From Camelus dromedarius (Eukaryota), in assembly GCF_036321535.1 (NCBI RefSeq), contig NC_087436.1, positions 6,386,001 to 6,450,000 of the forward strand: 64,000 nt of DNA, given 5' to 3'. Made by a program: the position numbers and the translations under genes. Below the pieces are notes generated by a model that searched no databases, was not told the origin of the DNA, and saw only the letters and a list, made by a program, of their open reading frames with translations. Each line of letters starts with the position of its first letter. Positions within the stretch are counted from its first letter, which is position 1. Below, in pieces: positions 26,482 to 38,379 of the stretch.

Positions 26482-27423
26482 TTCTTTTCTTTTTTTTTAT
26501 GAAAAGGAAATTTTATTCTTTTGTAATTTTTTGATTGAAGTATAGTTGATTTACAATACTGTATTTCTTTCAGCTGTACAATATACTGATTCAATATTGT
26601 TATAGATGGCACTCCATTTAAAGGTATAAAATCTTGGCTCTGTTCCCTGTGCTTCACAGTGTATCCTTGTAGCTTATCTATTTCATACACAGTAGTTTGT
26701 ACCTCTCAGTTCCCTACCTCTATCTTGTCCCTCCCCCTTCCCCTCTTCTTGCTGGTAACCACTGGTTTGTTCTCTGTGTCTGCGAGTTTGTTTCTGTTTT
26801 GTTGTATTCATTTATACCATGCTATTCAGATGCAGTGCAGGGTCCGAGCTAACTCCATCCCCCCACGTGTACACCCCCCTCGGTGGCAGCAGCCTTTGCC
26901 CCAGTGGGGAGCTGCTCCAGAGCTAGGGGCTGGGGCAGGCACTTGGCTCAAGCTGAGACACACTTTGGGGCTGTTGCAGGAAACCCATCAGAGCCACAGG
27001 CAGCTTCAATCTGCTTCCTCGACCTCATTCCCAGGAGTAAGCAAGCAGAGTCTAGGTTTCTTACAGCCTCTTGAAAGTACCACTGTTTTTCAAACCAGCT
27101 AAGGGTACTCGTATTCCTGGTGTCAGACCCGAAGGCTGGACTGCCCAATGTGTGGTTTGAACCCCTCACTCCCCAAGGGAGGCCTCCGAGCCCATGTAAT
27201 CCCCCTCCTCTTCTGTGCCCCAGCAGTCCTGACCCAATCACTTCTCCTCCCTTCCTACCCAACTCCACGCGGAACTTTCTTCACAGCCTTGGTTGTAGAA
27301 AAGTCTTTCTGCCCGTCTCCAGTTTGTTTTCAGTGAGGAAACACACACAGATGTCTTTTTTGATGTGTTCATTGGGGGAGGTGAGCTCCACGTCCTCCCC
27401 CTCAGCCATCCTGATCTCCTCCC
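26482..27423 (-). mobile_element. L1 5'UTR fused directly to L1 3'UTR and poly-A
   Basis: 27423-26815 is L1 5'UTR, 26812-26482 is 3'UTR and tail; TSD-like CCAG(A)ATTTCTT at 26470-26481 and 27424-27434. Confidence 0.8.
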
Positions 27424-27444
27424 CCAGATTTCTTGAGATGACAG

Positions 27445-28860
27445 TAGAGGGTGTGTTAAGATGCATTTAATTACATGTAACAAAAAATAACAAATACAAA
27501 TTGCCTTAATTAGTAAGGAAATATATGGTGTCACATGAAAAGAGTTTCTGAGGGAGTACAGCCTACAAGGTTGTTTGATGCAGTGATTCAATGAAGTCAT
27601 CAAAGACCTGCTTTGTTTTTACCTCCATGTGAGCCTCCATGTGTTGTCTTTGCCCTCAAGTGGGGCCCACGTGGCCCCAAGTAACTCCAGGAGTTCCAAG
27701 TGTCACACCTGGATATGATAATGTCCAGAAAACATACAGATGCCCAGCAGGCACATGAAAAGATGCTCGTTGTCAGTCATCATTGGGGAGATGCAAGTCA
27801 CAACCATAAGGAGATAGCATCTCACACCTGTCAGAATGGCTTTTTATCAAAAAGGCAAGAAACATCTGTTGGACAGGGTGTGGAGAAAAGGGAACCCTCG
27901 TGCACTGTTGGTGGGAATGTTAATTGGTGCAACCACTGTGGAAAACAGTATGGAGGTTCCTCAAAAAATTAAAAATAGAACTGCTATATGATCTGGTCGT
28001 TCCAGGGCTGGGTATATATCCAAAATAAATGAAAAGACTAACTTAAAAAGATATATGGACCCCTATGTTCATTGCAGCATTATTTACAAATAGCCAAGAT
28101 ATGGAAGCAAACTAAACTCCATCAACAGATGAATGGATAAAGAAAATAATTTCTTCAGCCATGAAATGAAGGAAATCTTGCCATTTGCAATAACATGGAT
28201 GGACCTTGGGGTGGACAGTGAGCAAAATGAGTGAAGGGAGGTGTCAAAAGGCACAAACTTCCAGTTGTAAAATAAATAAGTCAAGGGGTAACAGCATGGT
28301 GACTACAGTTAATAATACCATATTATATATATGAAAGTTGCAAAGGGGGCAGACAACAGTTTTCATTACACAGGAAAAAAATTTATAACTAAACATGGTG
28401 ATGGATGTGAAGTTGTTGACCTGTTGATTATTTTGCAGTATATACAAATATTGAATCATTACGTTGTGTACCTGAAACTAATATAATGTTATGTGTGTAA
28501 TAAAAAAGAAAGCATTAATTTTCACATGAATAATAGTCACATGAATATTTACGGTAGCATTGTTCATAATAGCCCAAAAGTGGAAACAACCAAATGTCTG
28601 GTAACTGATTTTAATGGATAAACAGAAATGTTATATCTGTAGAACGAAATGTTATTAACCCGATGAAAGTTTCTTATTTATCATAAATAAATATAATAAT
28701 GTCCAAGAATGAAATGAACCATCTCTTAGTATACCTTCTTCTTAAAAATGTTAAATATTTTTCTTCCGCAAAGAACATTAACTGACTCTCCTTGTGTCTT
28801 ATTAAGTAATATGAGATCATATGCTTTTTCCTAAACCAATCCCTGGCGAGGGGTTTCGAT
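27445..28860 (-). mobile_element. Old MLT1 (J/K/L-type) LTR split by an L1 insertion
   Basis: MLT1-like sequence at 27445-27727 resumes at ~28706 (ctgactctccttgtgtcttatt...cctaaaccaatccctggc). Confidence 0.55.
27728..28692 (+). mobile_element. L1 (L1MA9-like) 3' end plus extra 3' segment
   Basis: L1 27728-28510 with tail, then ~180 bp more; TSD AT(G/A)ATAATGTCCA at 27715-27727 and 28693-28705. Confidence 0.85.
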
Positions 28861-30403
28861 ACTTAGACTTTTGATATGAGAGCATCAACCACAGAGATTA
28901 CAGTGAGCTGTCTCAAGGAAGCGTCATTCCATCAAGTTTATCAAATTTATATAGACTTTCTTTCCTTATGACTTTGAGCCAGTGATTTTGTTTTTAGCTG
29001 ATAAGTTTTATTCATTAGCTTAAAAAGATGAAAAATATTGAGTCAATTCTATAAGCGCAGGATTTTTGTATGAACAACGTGAAAAGCCCTATTTTAGGCA
29101 CTATTGGGAATAAAAATCGAAATAAGACGCAGTCTCTTCAGCTTGCAGACCAGATACAATAACACAAACTGTGGAAGGTGGACTTTAATCGTCCTATTGG
29201 GAACGGACACAGACAGAGATTTTTCCAAGTGAGGTTGCAGCTGAAGTGACCATGAGACCCACTGCTCTGATTTGTGGCTCCCTAAGCCCATAGACAGATG
29301 GCACCCACAGCTTTGAGAACATTTCTCCCGCTATTCCCCAGAACAGAGCCGTTCTCCAAATAGCTACCTTTGCTTTCACAGCCTGCACATCAGTTAGACA
29401 CCATCCGTGAGCCCGATAATGTTTTATTTCCAGACGATGGGCAAACGCCCCTCTCAGGTGTTCCAAAGGACCGAGTCAGGATTAGCTGGAAAAGGACAAG
29501 ACACCCGTTGTTTAAAAGTGACTCTGTTCTTGAAACGGAAGCCTCAGGTGCCAGTGCAAACTGTCTCATGGAGAAGTGGATGCAGGGAACTTAGAACATT
29601 TCCCACACTTTAAAAGAATCAGAAAGAAGTAAAAAAGAATAAAAGATGGACAGCTTTGAAGGACTAGCTTGTAACAACAGGGCAACTTGGGCTCTGCCTG
29701 CTATTCTGCTAGGAATCAGGTTTTTTTTTTTTTTTCCCAAGGTACTATGATATCCCCTCATTCCAAGTCCACAAGTGCCTGTATTTTAAAAGCAGATGGA
29801 TCTTACAGACATGAGCTGAATTATTGTGTGCTATAGTCTTTCTGAAAAATCTCTCAGAAATGTCAAAAACAAGGACAACAGACCTTTCTGGATCACATCT
29901 ATTAACAAATCCCTTGATCTCCACCTCTACTAAATCAAAGCTACTTTACTGAGCAGGTAGGTCCCTAATCCTGTCTTCTTGGCAGCAGTCACTAACCAAG
30001 AGCTGTTAAACGGTGCGCAGAGGACGCTACACTGCACATCAAAGGACCAGTCGGGGCTCATCTGGGAGCTGCTCTTTGAAGTTCCTCTCTGGGCCTGGTG
30101 TTCCCGCAACAGACGGCTGTAGATCACTCAATCCACTGGTCACGTCCCTCTGCCATTTCAAACACTCAGGACAATAAAATCTCAAACCACAGGCTCTGTT
30201 TTTAATTTGAAGTCTATTAACTTTTATTTAAAATAAGGCATGTTTATTACAGAGAGTAAAAAATAAAGACACAAATAAGCAAAAATGAAACATATTTGAA
30301 ATACATATCATTCCAATTTATAATCCAATTTCCCAGAGCAATAATGGTTAATGCGTTGGTATACATAATTCCAGATTTTTCTGTGCACCAGAAAAAATTC
30401 TAA

Positions 30404-30406
<3 letters not shown>

Positions 30407-30440
<34 letters not shown>
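30407..30440. repeat. (TA)17 microsatellite
   Basis: Read directly; appears to lie in a degraded antisense L1 region. Confidence 0.97.
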
Positions 30441-30443
<3 letters not shown>

Positions 30444-31839
30444 TTGAATCACAATATTCTAAACAACTTTCAGCTAACAAATACTTGGACAGCAACCTCT
30501 TTTCAAATAGCTGGGTAATGTTCCACTGCATGGATAGACATCCATGAATTTCTTTAGCAAATTGCCAGTATTTTTATAAATACAGATAGATATGTCCTCA
30601 TTTTATTATTACAAACAGCATTTCAAGGACTGCTTCTTGTGCTAAGTTTTTGCATACCACTTTCGTTATTTCCCTAAGAAAATTACTCAAAACATTAGAT
30701 TTTTCCATGCTTTTTCCTGTTTAAAATAGAGAGAAAGAGTAAGACAAGAGTGATCAACTCTTTAAAAGCCATTGGCACATTTGCCTGTAATGACGTTTCA
30801 TGTTTCATGATTTGTTTGCATTTTTTAAGCCATATGCTTTCGGAAGGTCCTTGAGAACCAATTCCAAGCCAATTTATATGCATGCATACAGAAAACCATT
30901 AAAAGTGAAAGAGAGGCAAGAAACCCCGCGGAGAGAGAGGAGCGTTAATTCTCAAATTCTTAGAGCCAAGATGAAAAAAAAACAGTTACAAGTGGAGGAA
31001 GAAGAAGTATATCAATTCAAGAGTCAAACTTCTGATCTGGCAACAGGGATAAAACCTGTAACCCATGTGTGTTTTGATAAAGACTTCGATCGATGAAATT
31101 TTCTTATTCATAAAGCCAAGGGCACAATATTACATTTTATTTCAGGAAATACATTTTTATAGGAAAAGTTCATATAGTCCAGGTCAATGGCTTTTGATCT
31201 AACTTGCTGCAAGGGTAGAACCCAGAGGAACTGACCTGAATGGGGCCATCTGTGGCTTCTCTCCAGCATCTCTCATTTTAATCATGGATTGATGGGAGTT
31301 AAATATCTGGGGACCCCAGACTGCCTGACAGCAGGATAAACGTCCACCCCAAATCTTTGGATTTGTTCAGAAGCTTACGATGTACCACGCAGTGGAGCCC
31401 TGTAGAGCAGGATGTAGGTGACTGGGACTGGAAATGTTTGAGGGCAGCTAAGATTGCCCGTGAGCCTCCTTGGCAGGAAGAATTTCAGGATAGTTTGGGT
31501 AGAATGAAGGTTGCCAACGCGGAATCCCCTCAGATGACACCAAACAGGTGATGGGGCCAGGCGTGAACAGTGGCAAACTGGAGATGCTCGCCTCAAGGCA
31601 TTCCCTTTCAGGAGCAAAAGCAACCTGGCAGATTTGTTGGGGCCCCTGCTGACAACAGCTGTTTCTGAGCACCGATTCTTCCTGCCGAGCCAACCAGGAG
31701 TTCACTACAAAATGTAGCGCCAAGCTGCTGGGTAAAAATATTCAAAGTATTCATACTTGGGTATTGGACTTCGTCAGCCAAGAATACATACTGTAGTTCT
31801 CTTATCAGTAGTGGGCAGTCCGGGAGAAGAGCTCCTTCT

Positions 31840-32124
31840 TCTATTTTTTAAATTGTTTTTTGTACTGAAATAAAGTCAGTTTACAATGTTTCATTAATGT
31901 CTGGTGTACAGCATCAAGTTTCAGTCATCCATATACATACAAATATTTTTTTTCATATTCTTCTCCATTATAGATTACTATGAGATATTGAGTATAGTTC
32001 CCTGTGCTGTACAGTAGGACCTTGTTGTTTATCTATTTTATATATAATAGTGTGTGTCTGCTAATTCCAAGCTCCTAATTTATTCCTTCTCACCGCCTTC
32101 ACCGTAAGTTTGTTTTCTATATCT
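31840..32124 (-). mobile_element. Short L1 3' end
   Basis: T-rich tail then tatagttccctgtgctgtacagtaggaccttgttgtttatctattttatatat. Confidence 0.9.
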
Positions 32125-32227
32125 GGGGGAAGGTATAGCTCAGTGGTAGAGCACAAGCTTAGCATGCTTGAGGTCCTGGGTTCAATCTCCAGCATCTCCA
32201 CTAAAAAGGGAAAGAAAAAAAAAAAAA
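32125..32227 (+). mobile_element. tRNA-Ala-derived SINE (Vic-1 type, short form)
   Basis: GGGGGAAGGTATAGCTCAGTGGTAGAGCACAAGCTTAGCATGCTTGAGGTCCTGGGTTCAATCTCCAGCATCTCCA and A tail. Confidence 0.9.
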
Positions 32228-32797
32228 GGAGAAGAACGGCTCCTTCTAACTCATGCTAGTACCACAGCGTTGTCAGTACAGGGAAGTCTGTCTGCTATTC
32301 TGTTTACTGTAACAAAAGGAAACACATCCAATTAATCTAAATAACAACAATAATCAGACTATTGGTTTATGTTCATAAGAAGAGAGAGCAGAACCTAGCT
32401 TCTTTTATCTCTGTTGGAAAGTGGATCAGAACAACATCGTATCCACCTCGGTTTTGGCAGGAGCATCACGACAAATTCTCCAGCACTGGAAAGGTCCTTT
32501 GCTGTCTTGGCTTCCTTCACTCCTTGGTTTATTTCTTTTTTGATCTAAACAGTCAAACTGAAAGACAGCAATATTGAGGAACATGAGAAACTTAAGAGAG
32601 AAGCAATGACTTTTAACCTTACTCTAAGGTCAAAGCAAATATTTCTGGAAAAATAACCAGTGGGGAAATAATCTTTGAATAAAGATTTTCTATGGCTGTT
32701 TCTTGCAGACTTGAATCCAAGCATTCCATTCTTTCAACACTGAAGTTAATAAATGAGTCATTAAACATGAGATTTATTTTTAAAAAAAATAGTAAAG

Positions 32798-33041
32798 GGG
32801 AAAGAACAGACTGGGAGTTCGAAATTTGTAGATACTGACAGGCATATGTAGAATATGTAAACAAGATTATCCTGTATAGCACAGGGAAATATACACAAGA
32901 TCTTGTGGTGGCTCACAGGGAAAAAAATGTGACAATGAATATATGTATGTTCATGTATAACTGAAAAATTGTGCTCTACACTGGAATTTGACACAACATT
33001 GTAAAATGACTATAACTCAATTTTAAAAAAGTTTAAAAAAA
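32798..33041 (+). mobile_element. Short L1 3' end
   Basis: ctgtatagcacagggaaatatac...gacacaacattgtaaaatgactataactcaa; approximate TSD aaaaaaa..gtaaag. Confidence 0.85.
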
Positions 33042-33259
33042 CTGTAAAGATTTCCTTTAAATTGGATTAAAACAAGTCCCAGTCAAGTGAGTACACACTG
33101 ATGCTTCTCTACTACCCTTTAGAGAAAGAATAAATGATTTCACAGGAAAAGAAAAACACTTATCAACACAACTTTCCTTTTCCTTACCCTTGCTTCTACT
33201 CCAGTTCTTTTTCAAGAGTCTGTTTTATGCTTTAGATACTAGTAACATGATATCATCTA

Positions 33260-33436
33260 TATTTAAACAAGTCAAAATCAATTACAAATAAACAAAATGA
33301 AAAGTTCAGCTCCTCATTCTCAGAAGCCACATAGCAAATGCCCAGTGGCCACATGTGTCTACTGGGTACCATATTGGACAGCATGTATTTAGAACATTTT
33401 CATCACAGGCAGTTCTTTTGGGCATCGGTGGTCTAG
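33260..33436. mobile_element. MER3/MER33-like MITE
   Basis: ttcagctcctca...agccacat...agtggccacatgtgtctactgggtaccatattggacagc. Confidence 0.7.
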
Positions 33437-34207
33437 ATAACTTACAAAGTCATTGAAACCTTGCCCATAAAGAAAATTACACGGAGACTGGCTGGGAAAA
33501 ACAATTTGTTTATAAACATCCTTGCTGATTGAGGAATCTCAATTTGTTGGAATTTAATTACAAGATGACCTTTTCCTTCCAACTCTGCCCACCAGCAATA
33601 TGGGATCAAATTTTCTTCTCCAGCTGGGTGATGGCTACCTTAGCAGTATCTTAATTCCATAGCGATTTTCAGTTACTGAAACAATCTCTCTTCCAGGAAT
33701 TAGGACTTGATGCCGTTCATTTGCTTAAAACTTCCATCTCACACTTGACTCAGAACCCTTGCCCTCTCGTACCCTCTCCCCCAACCCACACAAGCTTTAG
33801 TCTTTGAAGTGGAGGGGCGTGTGGCTTGTCCCTGAGACACCTCCCTGTCTCCTTCTTATATGCTACTCTGATATGACAAAAAAATGGAAATGGGGGTGAG
33901 GGTGACAGCAGTCGTATGTGACTGTCTCTGCAGTGCTGGTTGGGAGGGTCCCTGCTCTACTACTTTAGGCTGATTCCTCCTGATCCTGGAGGCCCCTCCT
34001 TATGGGGCCGCCTCTCCACAGGTGATGTACATGTGAAGTTTCACATTGGATTTCTCCGTGTCTGAAATACTCCCAATCTCCATGGCCCCTCCAAGGGGTA
34101 AATTGTCTTCTTCAATGTCCCCATGACATGTCTTCCAACATCAAGAGACATAGTCAAGCACTTCCCTCTTCTTGTCCATAGTGAGGGAGGAGAACTGAAA
34201 AGAAAAG

Positions 34208-34731
34208 TGTTGGAGGGGTGGGGGAAACCTTTCCGCTACCCACTTCGGTTCTGTCCCTGGGGGCTGTGAATTAATCTAACAAAAGACAGGTGTAACAGGA
34301 GAAAAGACACACAGTTTGTATTAATATTTGTGTACAGAGGAGTTCACAGAAAAGAAGTGTTTAGACTCAGGAGGAGGTTCATCTATCCTTTTAACAATGG
34401 AAAGAGGGTTTGGGCTTCTAGGGGCATTAAATTACAGGGAAATGACTAGGAAATAAATGGGGGAAGTAATGAAAGATGCTACTTCAGTAAGATTGTTTAT
34501 GCAAACTCATCTTGGTATCAACTTCCCATCTTTGGTGATAAGAGTTATTCTTCTCATCACGGTGCAGGGTTGGCAGGGACACCTCCCTCAAAGGGAATTT
34601 TATGCCCTGTAGGCTGATGAGGGGAGGAGAGCAAATTCTCCCTGCAAGTGTTGATTCCCAGTCGCCTTCAGCTCAAAATAACCCTTATGCCAAAGTAGTA
34701 CATTTGGGGTGTCATATTCTGATATCTTTCA
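34208..34731 (-). mobile_element. MER34-family (ERV1) solo LTR
   Basis: TG...CA ends; ccttcagctcaaaataacccttatgccaaagt...tggggtgtcatattctg; 4-bp TSD AAAG at 34204-34207 and 34732-34735. Confidence 0.85.
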
Positions 34732-35564
34732 AAAGCACTCAGACTTTCAGCGGTGAAATAAGCCTGCAGATTCTGCAGCTAAGTAAATATCCAGAGGAAC
34801 AAGGTGTCAGTCTCCCCTTTTTCAAGACACCCCAGTCTTCATGAGGATTTTATTGAGGCTGACTCACTTGGCACCGTGGGTGGAAATGCATCATTGTCTC
34901 CTCCTCCAAGGGCAGGGGAGGGAGGAACCTCCAGCCGTAAATTGTGAACATCCTCCCTCCCTCGAGCTCGGGGACAGCGAGAGGAAGCGGGGGTGGGGCC
35001 GGGGTGGGTGGGAGAGAGATGTAACTGGGGGTAGCAGTCGGGACAAATGCCACTTAGTAAGCCCTGGCAGCTCCAAGTGGCTGAGGAAGACTTAGTGCCT
35101 GGTGTCCTCAGCTCTGGGTTTCATCCACGATTCTGAGACAAGAAAGTCAAACTCTGCATCCTCTTCCACATGCAATAGATATTAGAATCAGCCTTAAATT
35201 TATGCCTTAGATTTTTCCATCCTCCCATAATAAGGAAAACTCTTAGTCACTCAGAGGTATGTTCCAGAACAGTTTCCAAGTCAGAATAAGCAAAACCATT
35301 TGCCTTTTGATACTTAATATTTTCTAGTTTCAAATTTGCTATTTGCAACCAATCCTGAGGTTGAAAGATTCTAATTCATCTGGGCAGAGAAACAGGGTAA
35401 CCAACCAGTTTCTCACAGTGACAGACCACGGGATGGAGCCAGCCAGCGGCCGAGAACTGCGCAGTCAGTTCTCGCGAGGGGACGGCCCGGTGCCTGCAAG
35501 TTCTACCCAGAAACCTGGGGCTTGCCCCTGAATAATAAGCATTTACACCCGAATGAATCAATGC

Positions 35565-35755
35565 TACTGTGGTGGTTAAAGGCATGGGCTTCTGGGTCAA
35601 AAGCCTGAGCGGATAGTCCATCTGTGAACCTGCGCCAGGTAAAGAAATTCCCGAGCCTCTGTGACACCTTAAAATCGTGTTTCAAGGGCAGCTATGAAGG
35701 TGATACCGGGTAATACAAAGGCAGAGTTTGCATCATGTTTAAGCAGTTGTTATTA
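35565..35755 (+). mobile_element. Degraded MIR
   Basis: gtggtggttaaaggcatgggcttctgggtca start. Confidence 0.5.
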
Positions 35756-36201
35756 AATTTCATGATACATCCTAATAAAATCAGAATCCATGCATTATTT
35801 TAAAGGCTTTAGAAAGAGGGAGAGGAGGAGAAAGAAGAGGAAGTGGAGGGGGAGAAGACGTCTACGAAGATATTTGACAGATTAACTTGTGATCAGTAAT
35901 TTTACCATTTGCCACACTCGTTAACCATCCTCTGGCTGGCGCTATTCTCCATTGCTAGATTGTGCTTTGTATTACGACTTTTTTCTTCCAGCACCACATC
36001 ATTTTTGGTGGAGTATTCCCTTTATTTTTTTAAGTCATATTACCATGTGACATTTATCCAGGTTGCTTTTGTCCACAGGAACCACTGAGATCTCAACTGC
36101 TTTTTGAAATGTGTGTCTCATATTATTATGATGTGCTGTAAATGAGAAAATCACAAAGATTCGGATCACAAAATTTTACATAAGAACAAATTTACCACAA
36201 T

Positions 36202-36525
36202 CAGTGCTCCATATCTCCAGGTTCCTCATCCACGGATTCAACCAACCACACGTCAAAAAGCCTCAAAAAAATTTAATGTCCCTGAAAGTTCCAAAAAGCA
36301 AGACTTTAAATTTGCCCTGTGTATTGGCTACTATTTATATAACATTTGCATTGTATTTGCAGCTATTTACATAGCATTTAATTTGTATTAGGTATGATAA
36401 GTTATCTGGAGATGATTTAAAGGATACGGGAGGATGTGCTTGGTTATATGCGAATACTATGCCATTTTATATGAGGACTTGAGCATCTGCGGACTTTGTT
36501 ATCTGAGTGGGGGGCGGTCCTGGGC
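36202..36525. mobile_element. MER2/MER2B (Tigger) MITE
   Basis: catccacggattcaaccaacc...ggaggatgtgc...gttatatgcgaatactatgccattttata...gacttgagcatc. Confidence 0.85.
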
Positions 36526-36571
36526 TCACTCCCCCCATTTGTAGCAGCACCAGAATAAAGAGAAATCTTTC

Positions 36572-37015
36572 TGAAGTGGGAGGAAAGGGGCAGGGCACAA
36601 CCACTGAAGGAATGACACAGCCATTGAGGACAGGACACGCTGATTAGAACCAAGATGGCAGAAGATTCGACCTCCAGGAGACCTTGAGCCTCATGCACAC
36701 CCACAGGCATCATGACAGGTCCTAGGCTGACAATAAAAGGGCAAAAAGTGGGCGGAGGGGAGCGTTTCCTGGAAATCCTCGCCCTTTCCTCAAAGTAGTT
36801 AGAATAATCCTCCTACTCATTAACATATGAAATTACAGAACCCATCAAACCTAACAACCCCCCACCTCTTGGTCACTCTCTCTCTTTTGCCTTGTGACAC
36901 AGCTGGCACTCTGTCTATGGAGTGTGTATCTTTCTTAATAAACTTGTTTTCACTTTATCATGCCTTGCTGTTGAATTGTTTCCTGCACGAGGCAAGAACC
37001 TATTCTCCCACAACA
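36572..37015 (+). mobile_element. MER41-like ERV1 solo LTR
   Basis: TG...CA ends; accaagatggc, gaataatcc, cactctgtctatggagt, ttcttaataaacttg.tttcacttt, tgaatt.tttcctgcacgag.caagaacc are MER41-type motifs; TSD not clean. Confidence 0.75.
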
Positions 37016-37179
37016 TCTTCACTGAAAAAAAAATTAGAAAGCAGATTCATCTTTTTAAAACTTTAAGTTAAAAAATGAATTTATTTTTTACATTCTTGTT
37101 AAGACGTCAACAAGATGCTTTGAATTGAATCAAGGTCATTGTCTCTGAGAAGATCGTGCTGAGGAGGCAAGACAGACAC

Positions 37180-37520
37180 TGCTATGGACTGGACTGTATC
37201 CCCCCAAAATGTGTACATTGAAACCCTGATCTCCAGTGGGATCCTATTTAGAGCTGAGACTTTGGGAAGATAATTAGGTTTAGATGAGGTTGTGGGAAGG
37301 TGGCCCTCGTGACGGGACTGGTGCCCTTAGAAGAAGAGACACCAGAGAGCTCTCTCCCTCTTCCAGTCCCTGCCATGTGAGGACACAGAGGACAGCCATC
37401 TACAGCCAAGGCCATGCTGGCACCCCGATCCCAGATGTCCCAGCCCCCAGACCGTGAGAAGTAAATGCCTGCTGGTGAAGCCACCCAGCCTGTGGGTTTT
37501 GTTCCAGCACCCCAAGCTGA
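37180..37520 (+). mobile_element. MLT1A/A0 solo LTR
   Basis: tgctatggactg...taattaggtttagatgaggt...gccatgtgaggacacag...gaagccacccagcctgtgg. Confidence 0.85.
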
Positions 37521-37535
37521 TGGTTTCCCACATAC

Positions 37536-37925
37536 TTTTTTTTTCACTTTTCTTTTTTTTTTTAATTGAAGTATAGTCAGTTTACAATGTTGTGTCAGTT
37601 TCTGGTGTACGGCACAATTCTCCAGTCATACAGTAATATACACATACTCATTTTCATCATGAGCCACTACAAAATATTGAATATATTTCCCTGTGCTGTA
37701 CAGTATAAACTTGTTTATCTATTTTTTATATACCAGTCAGTATCTGTAAATCTCAAACTCCCAGTTTTTCTCTTCCCACCCCCCAACATACATTTTTTTT
37801 TAATTGAAGTATAGTTGCTTTACAATGTTGTGTTAGTTTCTGGTGCACAGCAAAGTGATTCAGTTATACATATATATATTCCTTTTCATATTCTTTTTCA
37901 TTGTAGGTCATTACAAGTTATTGAA
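37536..37925 (-). mobile_element. Two tandem short L1 3' ends
   Basis: Two T-run + attgaagtatagt units (37536-37785, 37793-37925); ACATAC precedes each T-run, suggesting one inserted at the tail of the other. Confidence 0.85.
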
Positions 37926-38307
37926 AATAAAAGTTTTTGATTGTGTTGAAATAAATGTGTATATTGCTATAGGAATAAAGATATATTACTTTGAGTGGAC
38001 TCCATGGACATTTAGAAATATGTCACAAGATGAAAAAAAAGAATATTATTCTAGAATAATTTATGAATAGCTGAATAAGAAGAAATGGTCACGTCTGTTG
38101 GATCCCTTACTAAAGGCACTTGGGAAACCCAGTGAAGTTTTCTCAGGTAATCACACAGCCAAGAGGGCAGAAGACTCTTGATCTGAGATTAATTCAGAAT
38201 TCACTGGCCCTGCTGGTCAGCAAATAAATTCAGCTCAAGTGTAAGAGACTAACAGCTTCCTTTCTACTATGAAAGAGTGAAGTGAGAATACCAAACTAAC
38301 ATAGTAT

Positions 38308-38363
38308 TTTATTTATTTTTATTTTTTACATTGTTTTTCTTTTATTGAAGTATAGTCAATTCT
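38308..38363 (-). mobile_element. Ultra-short L1 3' end
   Basis: T-rich tail and attgaagtatagtcaatt; TSD 13/16 at 38292-38307 and 38364-38379. Confidence 0.7.
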
Positions 38364-38379
38364 CAAACCAACACAATAT

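Noticed and set aside
34491..34507. Sox-Oct-like ATTGTTTATGCAAAC in the MER34 LTR
   Set aside because: Spacing and last base deviate from the composite consensus.
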